NCBI GenBank assembly: GCA_964106915.2
Contig: OZ066921.1
DNA: 64,000 bases
DNA from: Podarcis gaigeae
Taxonomy: Eukaryota
Direction: 5' to 3' (one strand)
Each line of letters begins with the position of its first letter. Position 1 is the first letter of the stretch. Below, in pieces: positions 1 to 13,544 of the stretch. The notes beneath the pieces are model-generated. The model saw only the letters and a list, made by a program, of their open reading frames with translations, had not been told where the DNA came from and ran no database searches. The position numbers and the translations under genes were made by a program.

Positions 1-75
1 CGCTCCCAGGTGGTGGTCTTTGTGTTGTGGTCCACGTAATACACTCTCCCATTTGGCAGCTCTCGTTGCTCCCAC
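1..75 (-). CDS. WWP2: WWP2 exon 9 (WW1 domain), truncated by window edge
   Basis: Reverse strand reads ttcag|G TGG GAG CAA... = (G)[25 protein letters not shown], matching WWP2 WW1 as recalled; phase fits exon 8. Confidence 0.96.
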   Translation of the reverse strand, partial: MGATRAAKWESVLRGPQHKDHHLGA

Positions 76-2603
76 CTGAAGGACAGAAAGAAAGAGAGGA
101 GGCACAGAGTGAGAAGGGGACGGAGGGCCCATTTTGTGAGCCAGGGCAACCCTTGCTGCTATTACTTATTTCTAGCCTTTTCCAGAGCATGAAGAACTTT
201 GTGACTCTCACTTTGTCTATTACTCCAACAGCCCTGTCAAGTAGGCACAGTGGCTTACTCAAGCTGCCCTATGAGCAAAGGCACAGGACCCCCTCCTCTG
301 CACCCACTGGCTCCAACTGTATAGCAATACTCCAGCCAGATCCAAGGGTGCTGTCAAGGTTTGGGGGCCCCAACAACTTCTGCAGGACCTACAGCTCCCA
401 AAAGGCATCAGCAGGCACACATAACAGCCCATCTTTGTTTTGCTTTGGCCAATCACAGCAAGATTAAGGAGCAATCCCTGATTGGGCAACGCTTTCACCA
501 AGAACAGTCTGCCATTTAAGCAACTCATAAGGGCTAGAAACTTTATTTTTTTTAAAAAAAAAAAAACAGGATATATGAGACTACATTACTGTGGAGATGC
601 AGAATGCAACTCTTAAATATCCCCAGCCAAACTCCAGAAGGCTCTGCAGAGGATCATAAATGGCCACCAATCTGCAAGAAGGAATGCCTTCCACTCCAGA
701 GGGCAGGGCACTGCCATGCCATAAAGCCAAGACGTGGCTCAGGAAGGTGGCTGCCCAGGCAATAGGCTCGCCATCCTCCTGGGCTACCTCTGCTCTGAAT
801 GGAGACAAGACTTGCTGGTAGCAAAACAGCAGTACTGAGGTCACCTTGCCGTCCAAGCGAGACGCCCTGCCTTACGTAAAGAACCACAGCCCGCGCCTGC
901 TGCAAGGGAGCATAATGCACCTCTTTGTATGCACGAGACGAGGCGCGAACTGGTGTACACGCCGCCGTGTTAATGAGAGCCGCTGTCCCCGACGCAGGAG
1001 CAACGCTGATAGGAACCAGATGCAGGTCGGGGAGGGGCGGGGGGAGAGGAGGTGTCTGTTCTGCCGTCAGCCCAGAGGGAGAGGGAGTGAGCCAGAGAGC
1101 CTGTGTGTGACAGCAGGATGCCCCTTCCCCACAAGGATCCCAGCTTTGCACAGCAGCACCCCTTCTGGTCCTCCTCACTGAGGGCCATGTCGTGGGTCTC
1201 CCAGGAACATGAACACCCCACCCCCACCCCACATATGGAACAGTTTAGTCCCATGGCTTTCCACAGCCTCCTGCACTCCCCGCTCCAGCTGTATGTATGT
1301 GAGAGGCTTTTGTGCTTGCCACGTTGAGTGCAGATGTTAAGGGAGAGCAGCATAAAGGCAGCCTACAGCACCCCCGCCCCTCTGATGGGCTACCTCCCGG
1401 CAAGCCTGTTTATGCCCATGCAAATGGAGTGGCCTGAAGCAGGCGCCCAACGCAGCCAAGCAAAACACTGCCGGGCTGCCAACAGGAGGAGCTGGAAGCG
1501 GCCTGCATGCGCGCGCATTCACACCAGGGCTTGGAAGTGCCTGTGGACTTGCCCCACCAGAGGCCCTGAGATCCCTCAGCCACAGAAGCAGGGGAAACTT
1601 GGCTTGTACACAGCGCAGTCCCCACCCAACACCCACACAAGCTCCTTGCTATATAGCAGGGGACCGTCAGCACCAGGATCCTTAAAGTCTTGGCTGTAGG
1701 CTGTGGGATGCACCCTCCATTTCAGGAGCATCTCTGCATAAAGGCGTCAGGTGCCCCCCTTGCCTCCTGGACCTCAGGCACACCACAGTACGTGAGCAGG
1801 AAGGGAGGAGAGCTCCAGCAGGAAGAAAGAGCCTTTTGAGACGCCCTGGACTTTTCCAGCTGTCTGCAAACAGGAAGTGGCCTGAAAACAGTAGCGCTCA
1901 CACGCCCGGCATAAAGGCGCTCTGAGCTGCTGGCCCCCCAATTACCTGCAAGTGATGCAAACACACACATGAGACTCTGAACCGAGAGGCCAGAAGGAAA
2001 ACAGATGGCTCCCTTCATCGGAAATGCAGGAGTCAGGAGGTGGTGTTTGGGCATCGGAAGGCTCAACAGAAATAGCCACATTGCAGGACCAGGAAGGATG
2101 GAAGGAAGGAGAACAGGTGCAGCTGAGGAGTCACAACTGTCGAGTTCACAACTTAATCATAACCCTAGTAATCCAGACTCTGCTCCTAGATCAGGCATCC
2201 TCAGAGCTGGACCTCAGTCACAGCCAGTCCCCTTCCTCCCTAAAACTCCAGGTCTTGCAAAAATACTGTAACATTCCTCTAAGGATGATAATACTTAGCA
2301 TTCGTATTTCTTAAATGCAGAAGGGGATTCACAGATATGATCACAGTAATCACTGAAACTGTCTTGTGAGGTAGGCCTGGGGCCCCACCCTGCTTAGAAA
2401 GAGAGAACTTTGGAAGAGACAAGAGAGCAGGAGTTCCCGCAAGGATAAACTCTACTCCCAGCGAACAGCCTCTAATTCAGAAACATACTTTTTAAAGGTT
2501 TCAACTCCCTGGTGACCCATCCCGACCTCCCCCTGGTTGGCTAAGGCTGCGGGCATTCATGACATGGCCAAGGTGCCCAAACAGAGAGCAGGATACCACT
2601 TAC

Positions 2604-2796
2604 CCAGAGGGCAGCACCTCCAGAGTCTGTGCTGCTGGCTGAGAAGGCTGGGCCTCTGAGCTGGGGGCAGATTCCCCTGCCCTTGGAGAGTCATGAGCTG
2701 TGCCAGAGCTGGAGGTCGCACCTGACATAGCCTCAGGTGGCACAGCCTGTTCATCTTCAAGGACATCGAGGGTGGAACTGGCAGGTTCACCATTCA
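2604..2796 (-). CDS. WWP2: WWP2 exon 8 (linker before WW1)
   Basis: tttcag|TG AAT GGT...CCC TCT GG|GTAAGT; VNGEPASS...LEVLPSG; 193 nt; phases fit both neighbours. Confidence 0.9.
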
Positions 2797-2849
2797 CTGA
2801 AAGAGAGGGGAGCGATTATGGCAGAGTTGAGGGGATGCTGATGCCTCCT

Positions 2850-3590
2850 AAGAACATACCAGGAGCCATCAGGCCAAGGGCCCATCTAGTCCAGCATCCT
2901 GTTCTCACAGTGGCCAACCAAATGCCTGTGGGAAGCCTGCAAGCAGGACCTGAGCAAAAGAGCACTCTGCCCTCCTGTGGTTTCCAGCTGCCTCTGACAG
3001 TGAGGGCAGAACACAGCCATTTGGCCTAGTAGCCAACTGTAACCCTGCCCTGAATTTGTCTAATCCTCTTTTGAAGCCATCCAAGTTGGGGGCTACCACT
3101 GCCTACTGGGGAAGCAAATTCCATAGCTTAACTGCCTGCTGTGTGAATAAGTCCTTCTTTCTGTCTGTTCTGAATATTCCACCATCCAGCTTCATTAGGT
3201 AGCCTCATGTTCTTGTGTTGAGAGAGAGAAAAACCTTTCTCTATCCAATGTCTCCATGCCATGTGCAGTTTTGTAAACTCCTTTTGCATCACCTTCTACT
3301 CATTTTGTCTCTAAACTAAGCAGCCCCAAATGCTGCAACCTTTCATCACAGAGGAGTTCCTCCATCCCCTTGATCATTCTGGCTGCCCCTTTCCCAACGG
3401 TCTCCAGATCTACAATATCCTTTTGGAGGTGAAGCGTCCAGAAGTATACACAGCATTCCAAATGTGGTTGCATCATAGATTTTGATAACAGCATGGGCCA
3501 TTTTAGTATCAATTCCAGCTACCACGCACTGGGCCAACATCTTCATCAAGCTCTCCACTAGGACCCCAAAGTCTCATTCCTGGTCCGTCA
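2850..3590 (-). mobile_element. CR1 LINE 3' fragment (degenerate RT C-terminus and 3'UTR)
   Basis: Minus strand encodes a PHLECCVYFW..HLQKDIVDLE...AARMIKGME remnant typical of CR1 ORF2, plus the 3' end GATGCTGGACTAGATGGGCC...GTTCTT. Confidence 0.88.
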
Positions 3591-3841
3591 CCACCACCCT
3601 GAAAAGGGCCCAGAGTTTCCCCAATGGCAACCTCTGTCTGTAGAGCATAGATGGTCAAGTAAAACTGGGGAAGTGACATGGGGGAGCTAATCTTTCATCT
3701 ACAGGTCGCACCTCAAAGTTACATTAATGCAGGTGGGAGAGCAATGCAGGTCCTCCACAAGTGAGGTGGCACACAGGGCTGGCCTTACAGCTTCAGAGGA
3801 GAGACCATCACCTCCTCCTTCTCCTCTCTCTCCACTCTCAC

Positions 3842-3963
3842 CTGTGCCATTCACTGTGCCACTCTGGGTCTTGCCTGCTGGCTGCTGCTGGACTCTGGGA
3901 CTGGGGCTTTGCTCCCCATTGGCCGTGCTCTGCCTGGCCCCTCCAGCCACATGTCTGTGTGCC
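3842..3963 (-). CDS. WWP2: WWP2 exon 7
   Basis: ctgcag|G GCA CAC AGA...GGC ACA G|GTGAGA; RAHRHVAGGARQSTANGEQSP...NGT, similar to human RTHRHSGASARTTPATGEQSP; 122 nt. Confidence 0.92.
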
Positions 3964-4399
3964 CTGCAGAAGAAATAGTCAAGAGGTGAGGGGTGTGTCT
4001 CCTGAGTTTCCACAGATCATCATATTCCTTGTAGGCGGGAGGGTGGAAGGCTGATGGCTGGGCCTGTTCTCCATGACATTGCATACCTCATCCTGCACCA
4101 AAATAGCACAGATCAGTCATGCAAACTGAGTCCATGGACATGTAGTTGCAAGATCATGGCAATTGCGGTTACATAATAGTCACAACTGCAAGTGGAATGG
4201 AGGGAAGAGGGTAAGCAAACATTACAGGGACCTGACACCCCCCCCCCCAGGTTTTGGTGGTTTCATCAGGTTTCTGTCAACAGACATAAGGACTAGAAAC
4301 ATGCCAGGAGGAAAACAGAAGACAAGAGGAGTTTGCGCTGGTTTGAGACATTCCGCATCTCTGCACACAGCAGGAGTGTGTGGAAGTCATACTATGTTA

Positions 4400-4457
4400 T
4401 CCTCACAACAAACCTGTGAGGTAGGTGAGGCTGAGAAAGAGAATGACTGGTCCAAGT
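4400..4457 (-). mobile_element. Squam3/CORE-type SINE fragment
   Basis: CCTCACAACAAACCTGTGAGGTAGGTGAGGCTGAGA...GACTGGTCCAAG is the reverse complement of the 54020-54075 region. Confidence 0.6.
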
Positions 4458-4461
4458 TTGT

Positions 4462-4655
4462 AAGAATGTAAGAATGCTTACATTTCTAAGAATGTAAGTA
4501 GAACCCTGCTGGATGAGGTCAATGACCCGTCTAGTACAGCATCCTGTTCTAACAGCGACCAACCAGATGCCTCTTATGGGAAGACTGCAAGCTGGATCCA
4601 AGTACAACAGCCACACTCAGCGCACCTGCAATTCCCAGCAACTAGTATTCAGCAG
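4462..4655 (-). mobile_element. CR1 3'-end fragment
   Basis: CTAGTACAGCATCCTGTTCTAACAGCGACCAACCAGATGCC is homologous to 2880-2930; AAGAATGT tail repeats. Confidence 0.8.
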
Positions 4656-5509
4656 AGGTGGGTCATTCTGGGGGCTCCACGGCTGGGTGGGAATCTGAGC
4701 CTGGGCCTCTCCAATCCTAGCCTGACACCCTCTAGCTGCTATAATACTACCTCCACCTCAGCTGGAAACTCTCCATGTGTCTGTTTTCATAGTGCTCTTA
4801 TACAATGTTCAAAATGTGGAGAGCAAGTTTATTGGACCTGCCTTAAGCTTCCATGTGCTTGTCTGAATTTTTTTTTCTTTTTAAAGAAATACATTAAGGG
4901 TTAGAAGAACAACGCAAAACCAGGACGAAATCCTGGACAGTTTCATATTAGTGCACGCAGAGCGAGATGGTAAGGTTTTTGGCACAGGACTTGCGCAGAC
5001 ATCACTAGGAATGGCTCACCCACCCCACCCTCTGGGGATAAACAACCTCTGGACCTCCAGGGGTGTTTTTTAGAAACCCAAATTGCCCATTTCCGCTGTG
5101 TTGCGCAGGTTGTGTAGGCCCAAATTAGCCGTCCTGCCAAGGCTATCTTCCTACAGGGCTCCTAACTTGGCATCGTCTTTTAATAGACGTGTGGAAATAA
5201 ACCAGAGGAGGTCACATGGCAGAGCTCACGGGGAACAGCAGCTGCTTAAAATAGGAGCCTGGAAAAGAGGGCAGGCAGCACCAGTGGGAGGAACAGGCTG
5301 GGGACAGCAGGCGATGGGGCAATTTCCCCATAAGCAGAGTAAATGGGGGGGGGGCAGGGAGCAGGGCTGATCCTGGGTAGAGAGGGGAGGCACGACCTGT
5401 AATAGGCCCTAATCCCCACTTCCAACACGCATGCAGAGAAAGCTCCAGAGATTCTGGCCTGGAGTCCAGAGAGTCAGGCTGTTTCAAAGTCAAGGAGGCG
5501 AGATCAAAA

Positions 5510-5590
5510 TAAGGCCCTGCAGCAGCTGGGTCAGGTCAAACAGGGCCCATCTAATCCAGCATCCTGTTCCCACAGTGCCCAACCAGAACC
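5510..5590 (-). mobile_element. CR1 3'-end fragment
   Basis: GGGCCCATCTAATCCAGCATCCTGTTCCCACAGTG. Confidence 0.7.
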
Positions 5591-6058
5591 ACAGGATCCC
5601 CAGGATATGCTGGCTTATCAAGACACTGTCTAAGCATCTCCTCTCCAAGTGCAGTTGGGGGGGGGGGTAGGAGCAAAGGGCATGAGGGGGAAAGGAAACC
5701 AGCACCAAGCTGGCCTTGGTAGGAATGAGCAACCCCACTGGGAGAAGGACTCAGGGAAGTAGCAAGGGGAAGGGGGCACAATGGGGAAGGCGACACCAAG
5801 GACAGCAGAGAGCAAGGAGAAGGTCCCCCATCCCCCCGCCCAAGGAGAAGCAGGAAAAAGACAGTGGAGGAGGGGCAGCCCATGAGGGGACCCAGCAGTG
5901 AGAGGGCCCATCTCTGCTGTGCAAATGCAGGGAAGCACTTTGCAAACAGGCACGAGTGATCGATCCTGGTCACAGGGTGGTGTTGCCAGCCCTCCTCAGC
6001 CAGGGAAGTGCTAGGCAGTCAACACAAGGCTGAGAAATTCCTCTGATCTGTGCAAAAG

Positions 6059-6078
6059 GTGGTGGTGGTGGTGGTGGT
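6059..6078. repeat. (GGT)n repeat
   Basis: About 7 units; explains the poly-His and poly-Thr spurious ORFs. Confidence 0.9.
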
Positions 6079-7009
6079 AGAACAGGAGAGAGGACCACCA
6101 GCCACAAGTGTTTGTTTCTGAAAACGGAGCCCAAGGTCCCCCCCCCCTCCCATCCCCTTTTCTCCTTTCTTTAGAAACTGTTTCCCAAGACACACAGATC
6201 TGGGGGGGGGGGCGACGACACACACTCACCCCAAACATGTCACCTTGGAACCTCTCTGATCAGAGACAGCACAAAATGAGAGAGCAGGCACCTTTGTTGT
6301 AGCCTGTTTGCGAATTGCCCTGAGATGTTCCTCAGCTGCTTATGGAAGCAAATCCCACTCTAATCCCACCCACACCAGTTTCACCCCAAAGCAGCCATCC
6401 AGGGAGGGAAGTGCGGCTCACTAGGGAATTTGGCATCCCAGCATCAAAGTTTTCCTGCAAGGGCCCAATTTTGCACAACAATGAAGAAACAGGCCAGGGA
6501 CAAAAACTAAACTCCTTGTTGCCTGCCTCTGACCAGCAATGTCAGTAGTAGTAATGATGATAAATAAATAAATAATCTTATTTCTCCTGGAAGTAGACCC
6601 CTTAGAGTGGGTCATGCAGCTAGCTGCCTGGAGAGACCAGGATGCAAATCAAGGTTGCTCCAGACGCTCTTGGCCCATCACTCAGCCATCCCTGCAAAGC
6701 GTCTTGTTATCCAAAGGTCAGCTTGAACTTTCCCTTTCAAGAGCTGCCTATTCCATGGGAGACTAAATAAGGCCTAGGAAGGCTCATGGCCCATTCATGT
6801 GTCCAACGGAGAAATCATGGAACAGACTGAGGTTTTCACTGCTCCAGAGAACGCATCCAGAATCTGTCCAGTACCCTGATTAGATCCAACAGCTGCACAG
6901 AGCCAGGACTGAAAGAATTTGCTGTTCCTCTCAGGGCATAAGGTTCTTTACACCGCTGCCCTTTTTAAAAAGAAGCAAGTCTCTAGACCTTATGGCATCA
7001 AGGAGAAGC

Positions 7010-7145
7010 CAAGAATGTTGTGAGTGCTCTTGCCCTCCTATCCAGCTTGTCGGCTTCCCAGCGGGGCAGCTGGTTGGCCACTGTGGAACCCAGAATGCTG
7101 GACTAGGTGACCCACCAGCCAGGCTCTTCTGAGGATGTTCTTCTG
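7010..7145 (+). mobile_element. CR1 3'-end fragment (opposite orientation)
   Basis: GCTGGTTGGCCACTGTGGAACCCAGAATGCTGGACTAGG...ATGTTCTT. Confidence 0.7.
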
Positions 7146-8158
7146 AGCAGAACCACATGAAGGCTGCAGAAGATGCCTGGGTCTGTTTGGAAGGGCCGTT
7201 CCAGGAGCTTGGTGAGGGCCAAAAGTTCAACTCCCTGAAAGCTCTTCCCATCTGCAGAAGCCAATATGTTTTATTCAGGGGAATCAAACTTCTTTTGGTG
7301 GAGGATACGGGGGCTTCTGGGGGCCCTGCACAAACAGAGCCAGGAAGGCACAAGGAAGCAGCCAGAGGAAAAAGGACACTGGGGAAGAGTCCTCCCTGGA
7401 TATGGGGCTGAGTGCTGCAATGTAGGGAAGAATGGGACCTGGTGAAGGAAGCTGGTAGGCTGGCTGGCCACCCATCATCTTGGGAGAAGCAGTATGGTTC
7501 CCTTGCCAGTGGGGTGCTAAATTCAGCACCACACCGGCAACAGTACACAAACACAACACAGCTGTGGCCAGAGAGTGGAAGGAAGGGCCAAGCAGAGCCC
7601 CCTTGGCAAGCCCCTTGCCCTGCTTTCTGGGCAGCTGCTCAGATCAAGCATTTTTTGCCAGGGTCAGCAGGCTCTGATTGGAAGGAGAAGGAGAACTATC
7701 AGTCTCCAGGGGACTCTTCTCTAAAGCCAAAGTACCCCTCAATGATTGCCCGCACTTTCCACACACCAGATAATGGGTGGTGCTTGAGCAAGAGAGCAAG
7801 GGTACCAAATGTAGCCCACTACCAACCGTGTCCTGGAGCTGCAATTCCCCTGCTACCAAATGCTCCTCTTGCCACAGAGGGATGCAGTAGCCCTTATCTG
7901 GTCTTCCCAACTCTGACCCAGATGCACATGGCCCAGCCTGACTCCTCAAAAAAGGCAGTTCCCAGTCTCCCCCTGCCCACCCAGGCCTTTCTAGCCTCTT
8001 TCCTGCCTCTGTCCTGGCTTACCTCCCAATCTCCCTGTCCTCTTCTTTGTCTCTTTCCATCATGGCTTACCCTGCCCTGTGTGCTGACCATCAGAGGCTC
8101 CAGAGTGGCCACCTGCAGCCATCCAAAATGCCACGGCAGAGCAGAGGGGAACACTTAC

Positions 8159-8255
8159 CTGGACCTGCCGCCAAAGCAGTTGGTGCTGGGGGCCTGGTGC
8201 CTGCTCTCTGGGGATGAGGCCAGACCACAGGGATCCCTCCCGGCTGCCTGGGACC
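8159..8255 (-). CDS. WWP2: WWP2 exon 6
   Basis: ttcag|GG TCC...TCC AG|GTAAGT; GSQAAGRDPCGLASSPESRHQAPSTNCFGGRSR; 97 nt; this frame is absent from the ORF track. Confidence 0.94.
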
Positions 8256-9288
8256 CTGAAGGAACAAGGAAGCAAAGAACTGGTCAGAATAGGACCCTGG
8301 CAGGCAGGCCAAAAGCCAAGCCCTGGCAACAGCCAGTCAGCTGTGGGGAAAGGGGAGGGATGGCTGGACAAGGGTGGAGGCAGCTGCTTGTTCTAAGCCT
8401 GCCTTTGTATATATACAAGCAGCTGTAACCTGGAGCTGAGGTGGAGGGGAGGGGTGCAAGCGATAGCAAATGATACAGGTTATTGTGACAGTTGAAACAT
8501 GGGAGTCCTCATAGAATCATAAAGATGGATGATCCCAGGGGCCACTGGATAGCTGAGCTCTCCTGCCACCTCTGAAGATTCAGGAACTATAGCAGAGGCT
8601 GGTGGGCAACATCCACAACACAGCTTTGCCCATGTGGACCTCCTCCATCTGCCAGTGGTGTTGTGGCATCTTTGGGTTTAATCTCTCAACTTCTCTCTCA
8701 TCCCATCAAATGCAGTTCCTCTCACTTTCAGGAAAGACTTGGCTAGGATGGGTGAGAAGGAGCCCTGGGTCCCTTCAGGGCGGGGGGCAGCAGGAAAAGA
8801 CAGACCAGCACCTTGGGAAGGAAGAGAGGTGGCCTCCCCAGGATGGGAGGACCTGATTAACATTTTGCATGGCTGCCAGGTGAGGTTCACTTCCCTGGAT
8901 ACAAGAGCTCCTCGCCATTCTGCTCAGGAGAACTCAGGCACTAAAGGTCTGAAGAGCAACATTTACTGTGGGGCTCAGTTCAGAGTCTGGCCCCAGACTC
9001 AGAACCTGCTCCCATTCTCTAAGCTGGGCTCAAGGACCCGAGATGCTGCTGTAAATACTGCCTCTGCACAGCTACAGAGTGATTCCCCTTTCCTGCCACC
9101 AGACCACACATGGCTGGGAGTAGAGTACAGGGGCGGTTTGGCTCTGACCCGCCCAACCCCCCTCCCCCGGCTTGAACCCGTCTGCCTCAGCTCCCATCTT
9201 TCATAGGACATACCTCCATCAAAGGCCCCGCTGGCTGCCCAGGACCCTAGTGGCAGGCGGCTCCCCCACCGCACCCTGCCACACTCAC

Positions 9289-9426
9289 CCTCCGTCACGA
9301 TGTTGCCGTTAGGCAAGCTTCCCACATCAACACTGGGCCCATCCAGGAAAATGGTCAGCTCCCCACCAGAGACAAGGCAGCCTTTGTTCTCCATCTGCAG
9401 GTTCAAGGTCAGCTGCTTGTTTTCCG
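9289..9426 (-). CDS. WWP2: WWP2 exon 5 (end of C2 domain)
   Basis: cacag|CG GAA AAC...GAG G|GTGAGT; ENKQLTLNLQMENKGCLVSGGELTIFLDGP; 138 nt. Confidence 0.96.
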
Positions 9427-12400
9427 CTGTGAGGTACAGAGAGTGACAAGAGGGGGGAAAGCCATTACCGGGAGAGTGGCCCTGGTGGACACAGGCCCAT
9501 AATGGGGGGCAGTCGGGCAGCCTTGTTCCCTAGACCTCCCTAGCACTCCAGCCCTAGCTAGCCTCACCCCCAACACTTTAATCACACCATTCCTCCAGTG
9601 GCAGAGTTGGAGCTTAGCCCCTCAGCAGAGAACTGTAATGTTGGGGGTTGGGGAGGGCAGGAGTGTATGCTGAGTGCCTTGCTCCCCACCCCGGATAACA
9701 GAACCATCTCTGTAGCCAGGGAGCAGCGCATGGAACTCTCCTCTGTGACATTAAAGGCTTTCCAATGTGAGGGAGCTGAACCTATATCGCTGCTCTGCCC
9801 AGAAGATGCTCAGCAGAACAGTCAGGCTCAGGGCTGCCCACTTCAGGCCCAACACCTTTCCTGCTGCTGCAGCTGCGCTTACTCCCCAGAACATTTCTTA
9901 GGCCCAAATCTGCCCTCAGAGCCTCAGTCTCCTCATGCTGGCTGAAAAGGAAGGTGATGAGCACAAATGCCCCGAGAGGAGGCTGGCATCAAGGTGACCT
10001 GGGCCCCTCCTCCTCCCCAGCACCCAGGGCAAGAAGACAAAGAGCAACTGATGTTCGGCCCCTGGAGAGAGAGGGCCAGGCGCCTTGGGCGGGCCCCCAA
10101 AGTTCACACCTGAGCTGCCTGGGGGCCTCCCTTTCACCAGCTGCACACGGGGCTCCAGCCTCTCTATCCACAGCGGCGGCGGCAGCTCCTGGTGTGTGAA
10201 GTGCAGCGCAGCAGAGTCAGGGAGGGGGAGGTTTTGAGCCAGAGGAGCAGGAGGGTTTGGCCTTCCATCTCCCCTTGGGAAGACCCACAAGGAGCCAGGC
10301 CCAGCCACGGGGCCACCAGCACGCCTTTGGTGATGCAGGGAGCCTGTCCTCGCCCCTTTCTCTCCCCGCTGCCCCACCTTGGCAGCCCTCTGCTCCTGCT
10401 GCAGGCTGCACAGAGCCCTTTTGTCCCCTGGCAGAGACAAGGTGCCTGTGTCTCCAGGCAGGGCAGCGAACACCACTTTCCCCTCCCTCTGCTTTCTTTA
10501 AGAAAATAAACATGCCCGGGCCCCTCCACCACGGCCCATGGCCCAGGCACACATAAAGGGACCTTGCTGTTGCAGCAGCCGAGGGTCCCTCTGCGGCCGC
10601 ACACAAAGCCAGCTTGTGTGTAGGGGGGACAGGCTGTTATCATTTGGGGGAAGGGGCTGCCTCAGCCTTACATAAGGCCTCCTCAGTTCACTACCTCCGC
10701 TGCACCGCTTGGAGCCTCAGCGCTCCCGTTTGGCATGGAATTCCTAGCCAGGACATGAGAAGGACCTGCGCTTTCCAGCAGTCAGGCCAGTAGGAGCAGG
10801 AGCAAGGAAGGGAAGGAAAAAGGAAGGAAGTTCCAGCTGCTGGACAGGCTCCCCAGTGCCCCAGGGTGGACATGCCTGGAGCGATGTGAACAAGACAGCA
10901 AAGAGGAAGGCAGCCCAAGGCTTAACATGGATGAGAAGCGATGCAGAGGGGAAAGGAAGGAGAGAGCTCCGCCTCCACCTTCTGGGCACCAGGAGCAGGG
11001 AGCCCTCAGGGAACAGAAGGAGCCTGTATTTGTGATGTTTAATATGTTCTATCATGTTCTAATTGCTTATTGTTTGTAAGCCACTTTGGGAATCATTTGA
11101 ATGAAAAGTGGCATAGAAATATAATAAATCAAATCAAGATGGTGGCCAATCGAATGAAGGCCAAAGGCTCTCTGGCCAAGGCAATCCATGTCAGTTTGCA
11201 CAGGCTTGGGGTATAAGAGCTTTCCCAGCAAAAGCAAGGGATGCGATCCCAGAGTTCCTGCCTCTTTTTCCTAGAAAGGAAGAAGGGGAGGCCCCTTTTT
11301 TCTCTGGCAGGGCCTTTCAGCCAGTGGCTCCCTACAGTATAGCAGTCGCCAAGGGAAAAGCCCACTCTAACCAATGAGGGGAGCGCTTCTCTGGTTGGGT
11401 GCACAGGAACACATAGGGAGAAATAGGGTCAGAGAAAGCTGTCTGATGAGGGAAAGAGGGCAGGAAAAGTTGGTTTGTGGAGTTCAGGATTGTCTACACT
11501 GATTGGCCATGGTTCTCTAGGGTGTTGTAGACACCAGGGACCTTCCATATGCCCCTACTGGGTACAAATCCACCAAGCAGTAGCTTCATTTAGCCTACAT
11601 GCTAGCAGTCTGTCAACGAGAATAGAAGGGAGGGAGGGAGGGAGTTCTGGAAAGGAAGGGGAAAGAGCCCTCCAGGCTAGTCAAGGACACTCGAGGGTTT
11701 AAAGACGACAATTGCTGAGATGCAAGGCACCTTTCTGGAAGAAGCCTTGTACACCCAGCAGAACAAGCTTTGCCAACTGGCTTGCAAGGAGAGGCGCTAC
11801 TATTAGAGGGATAGCCAGAGGAAGGGGCAAAGCAGGACGTGGGACCCCAAAACGTGGTTGCCCACACAACTCTTTCCCAGCATCGGCCTGGCCACAGTTC
11901 AGTGAAGCTGTCTTTGAGGTTGGCTTTCCAATGAGGAGCCCATCCATCCATCCTTACAACTTCCTCCTTGGATCCTGCTACTACTTTGTGTGGAGCAGAA
12001 ATCAGGGCTGGCTTCCTTCTGAATGACTTCTTTGTGGCTGCAGCTCCAGCATCCCTGCCTGGGGCCAGGCAGAATGAGAAGCAAAGTCACAGACCTTTGC
12101 AGGAGCTGTAAAAGCATGGGGGGGGGGAGAAGGGGGCTCCCTAAACAAGAACCTCTTGATGCAACCTGAGAACAAGGGTGATGATTGTAGGGGCGGGGGA
12201 GGGGGGAGGTGTTGTTTGCACACTGCAGCCCGAAAGGCTCCAGGCCCCTTGTTTTCACACTCAATTGGTGCAGCCACATGAGGATTTGTTTTTACACACA
12301 GAGAGAGATTTCTTCTGAGCCACACCCCCTGCTCTGGGTCCGGCCTTGATTCAGATGCTGGCTGCTTCAAGAGCCTTGGCGGAAGGCCCCATTCCCTGCC

Positions 12401-13544
12401 TGGCTGGGAGGCAAGAGGACATACGAAGGAAGCTGCTGCACTCACACAGTAAAAATGGGATCAGCCTCCAGGTTGGGGGGGGGGGTTGTAAACCTGTGCC
12501 CAGAACAGGCTTGAGAACAAAGCGTCCCTTGCGGGTGGGTGGGAATCTGGAGCTGCAATCGATGCATCCGATGAGGGACTTGGGAGCTGTTGCAGCCAAG
12601 GCAGTAGCCGGCTGGCTCTTATTGAACTAATTTGCACCCCACCCTCCATCTCCCCAAACAGCCTCTCCTACTGGAGCACTGCTGGGGCTGCCTGGTCAAA
12701 ACGTTGGTTCTGGCAGAGCGCTTCTACAGCAGATGTCCAAGGAGCACAGCTAGGCTGGGAAGAACTCCCCACCCCACCACTGCCATTCTGGTGCAGCAAA
12801 CAGAGCCCACCAGTGGGCCAAGGACAGAAGATGCTCAAGGAACATGCAGGGATCTTCAGGACACACAAAGGCTGCTGACCCAGCTGGAGATCCCAAGAAA
12901 ACTTCAGATGTGCCCATCCATCTGCTCCAGGAGGCCTAAAGGCAGCTGGCAAAGTGCCAGGAAGGAGCTGTGACTTCCTCCTCTCCCAGTGCAGCCCAGC
13001 AAGGCCAGTTCAAATCATTCTTCAGCCCTGAGGCTCACTGGGCAGCCTCAGGTAGGCCTCTCACCAAGGCTACTTTGCAGGGAGGAAGCCTCCACTCTCA
13101 GCTCCTCAGAAGAAGGGAGGCCACACATGCCACCAGTCCTCAGCGCCTGAGATATGAGCCACATGAGTTTCCCGTCTTGTGCCTTCAAGACTGTATCCAC
13201 CCCCAGCCAGAGCATCACAGAGAAAGGCATTTGGATCTGAGATGTCTGTTGGTAGAATCAGGTGGCCATTGTAGGTGGTTTTGCAGAGGTCTCAGGGTAT
13301 TGCTTTCTCATTAGCTGTGCATTGCTTATCCTGAAATGGGTGCAGAGCCCTAGCAATGAGGCAGGATAGAAATTAAACCAATAAGACCCGCCCCCCCTCA
13401 CAAGGGCTGCCCTTTCTCTCCTGCCCAGCACAGAGAGAAAGGGAGGGTGTTGTCTTTGGGTGCTTGCTCAATGGAAGGCTGATGGGGAGCAGACACCCAC
13501 ACCCATGGCAAAGAGAAGTGAGAGTGGCCATTCTCAGTGCCAGC

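Noticed and set aside
27-2800. Many overlapping 60-190 aa ORFs in WWP2 introns
   Set aside because: Expected by chance in GC-rich sequence; many use GTG or TTG starts; no homology or splice support
3300-3558. ORFs resembling reverse transcriptase
   Set aside because: Frameshifted, degenerate CR1 ORF2 remnants rather than genes
7412-8428. 338-aa plus-strand ORF antisense to WWP2
   Set aside because: Starts at GTG, has no recognisable domain, shows the P/W/L/S-rich composition of GC-rich non-coding DNA and partly mirrors WWP2 exon 6
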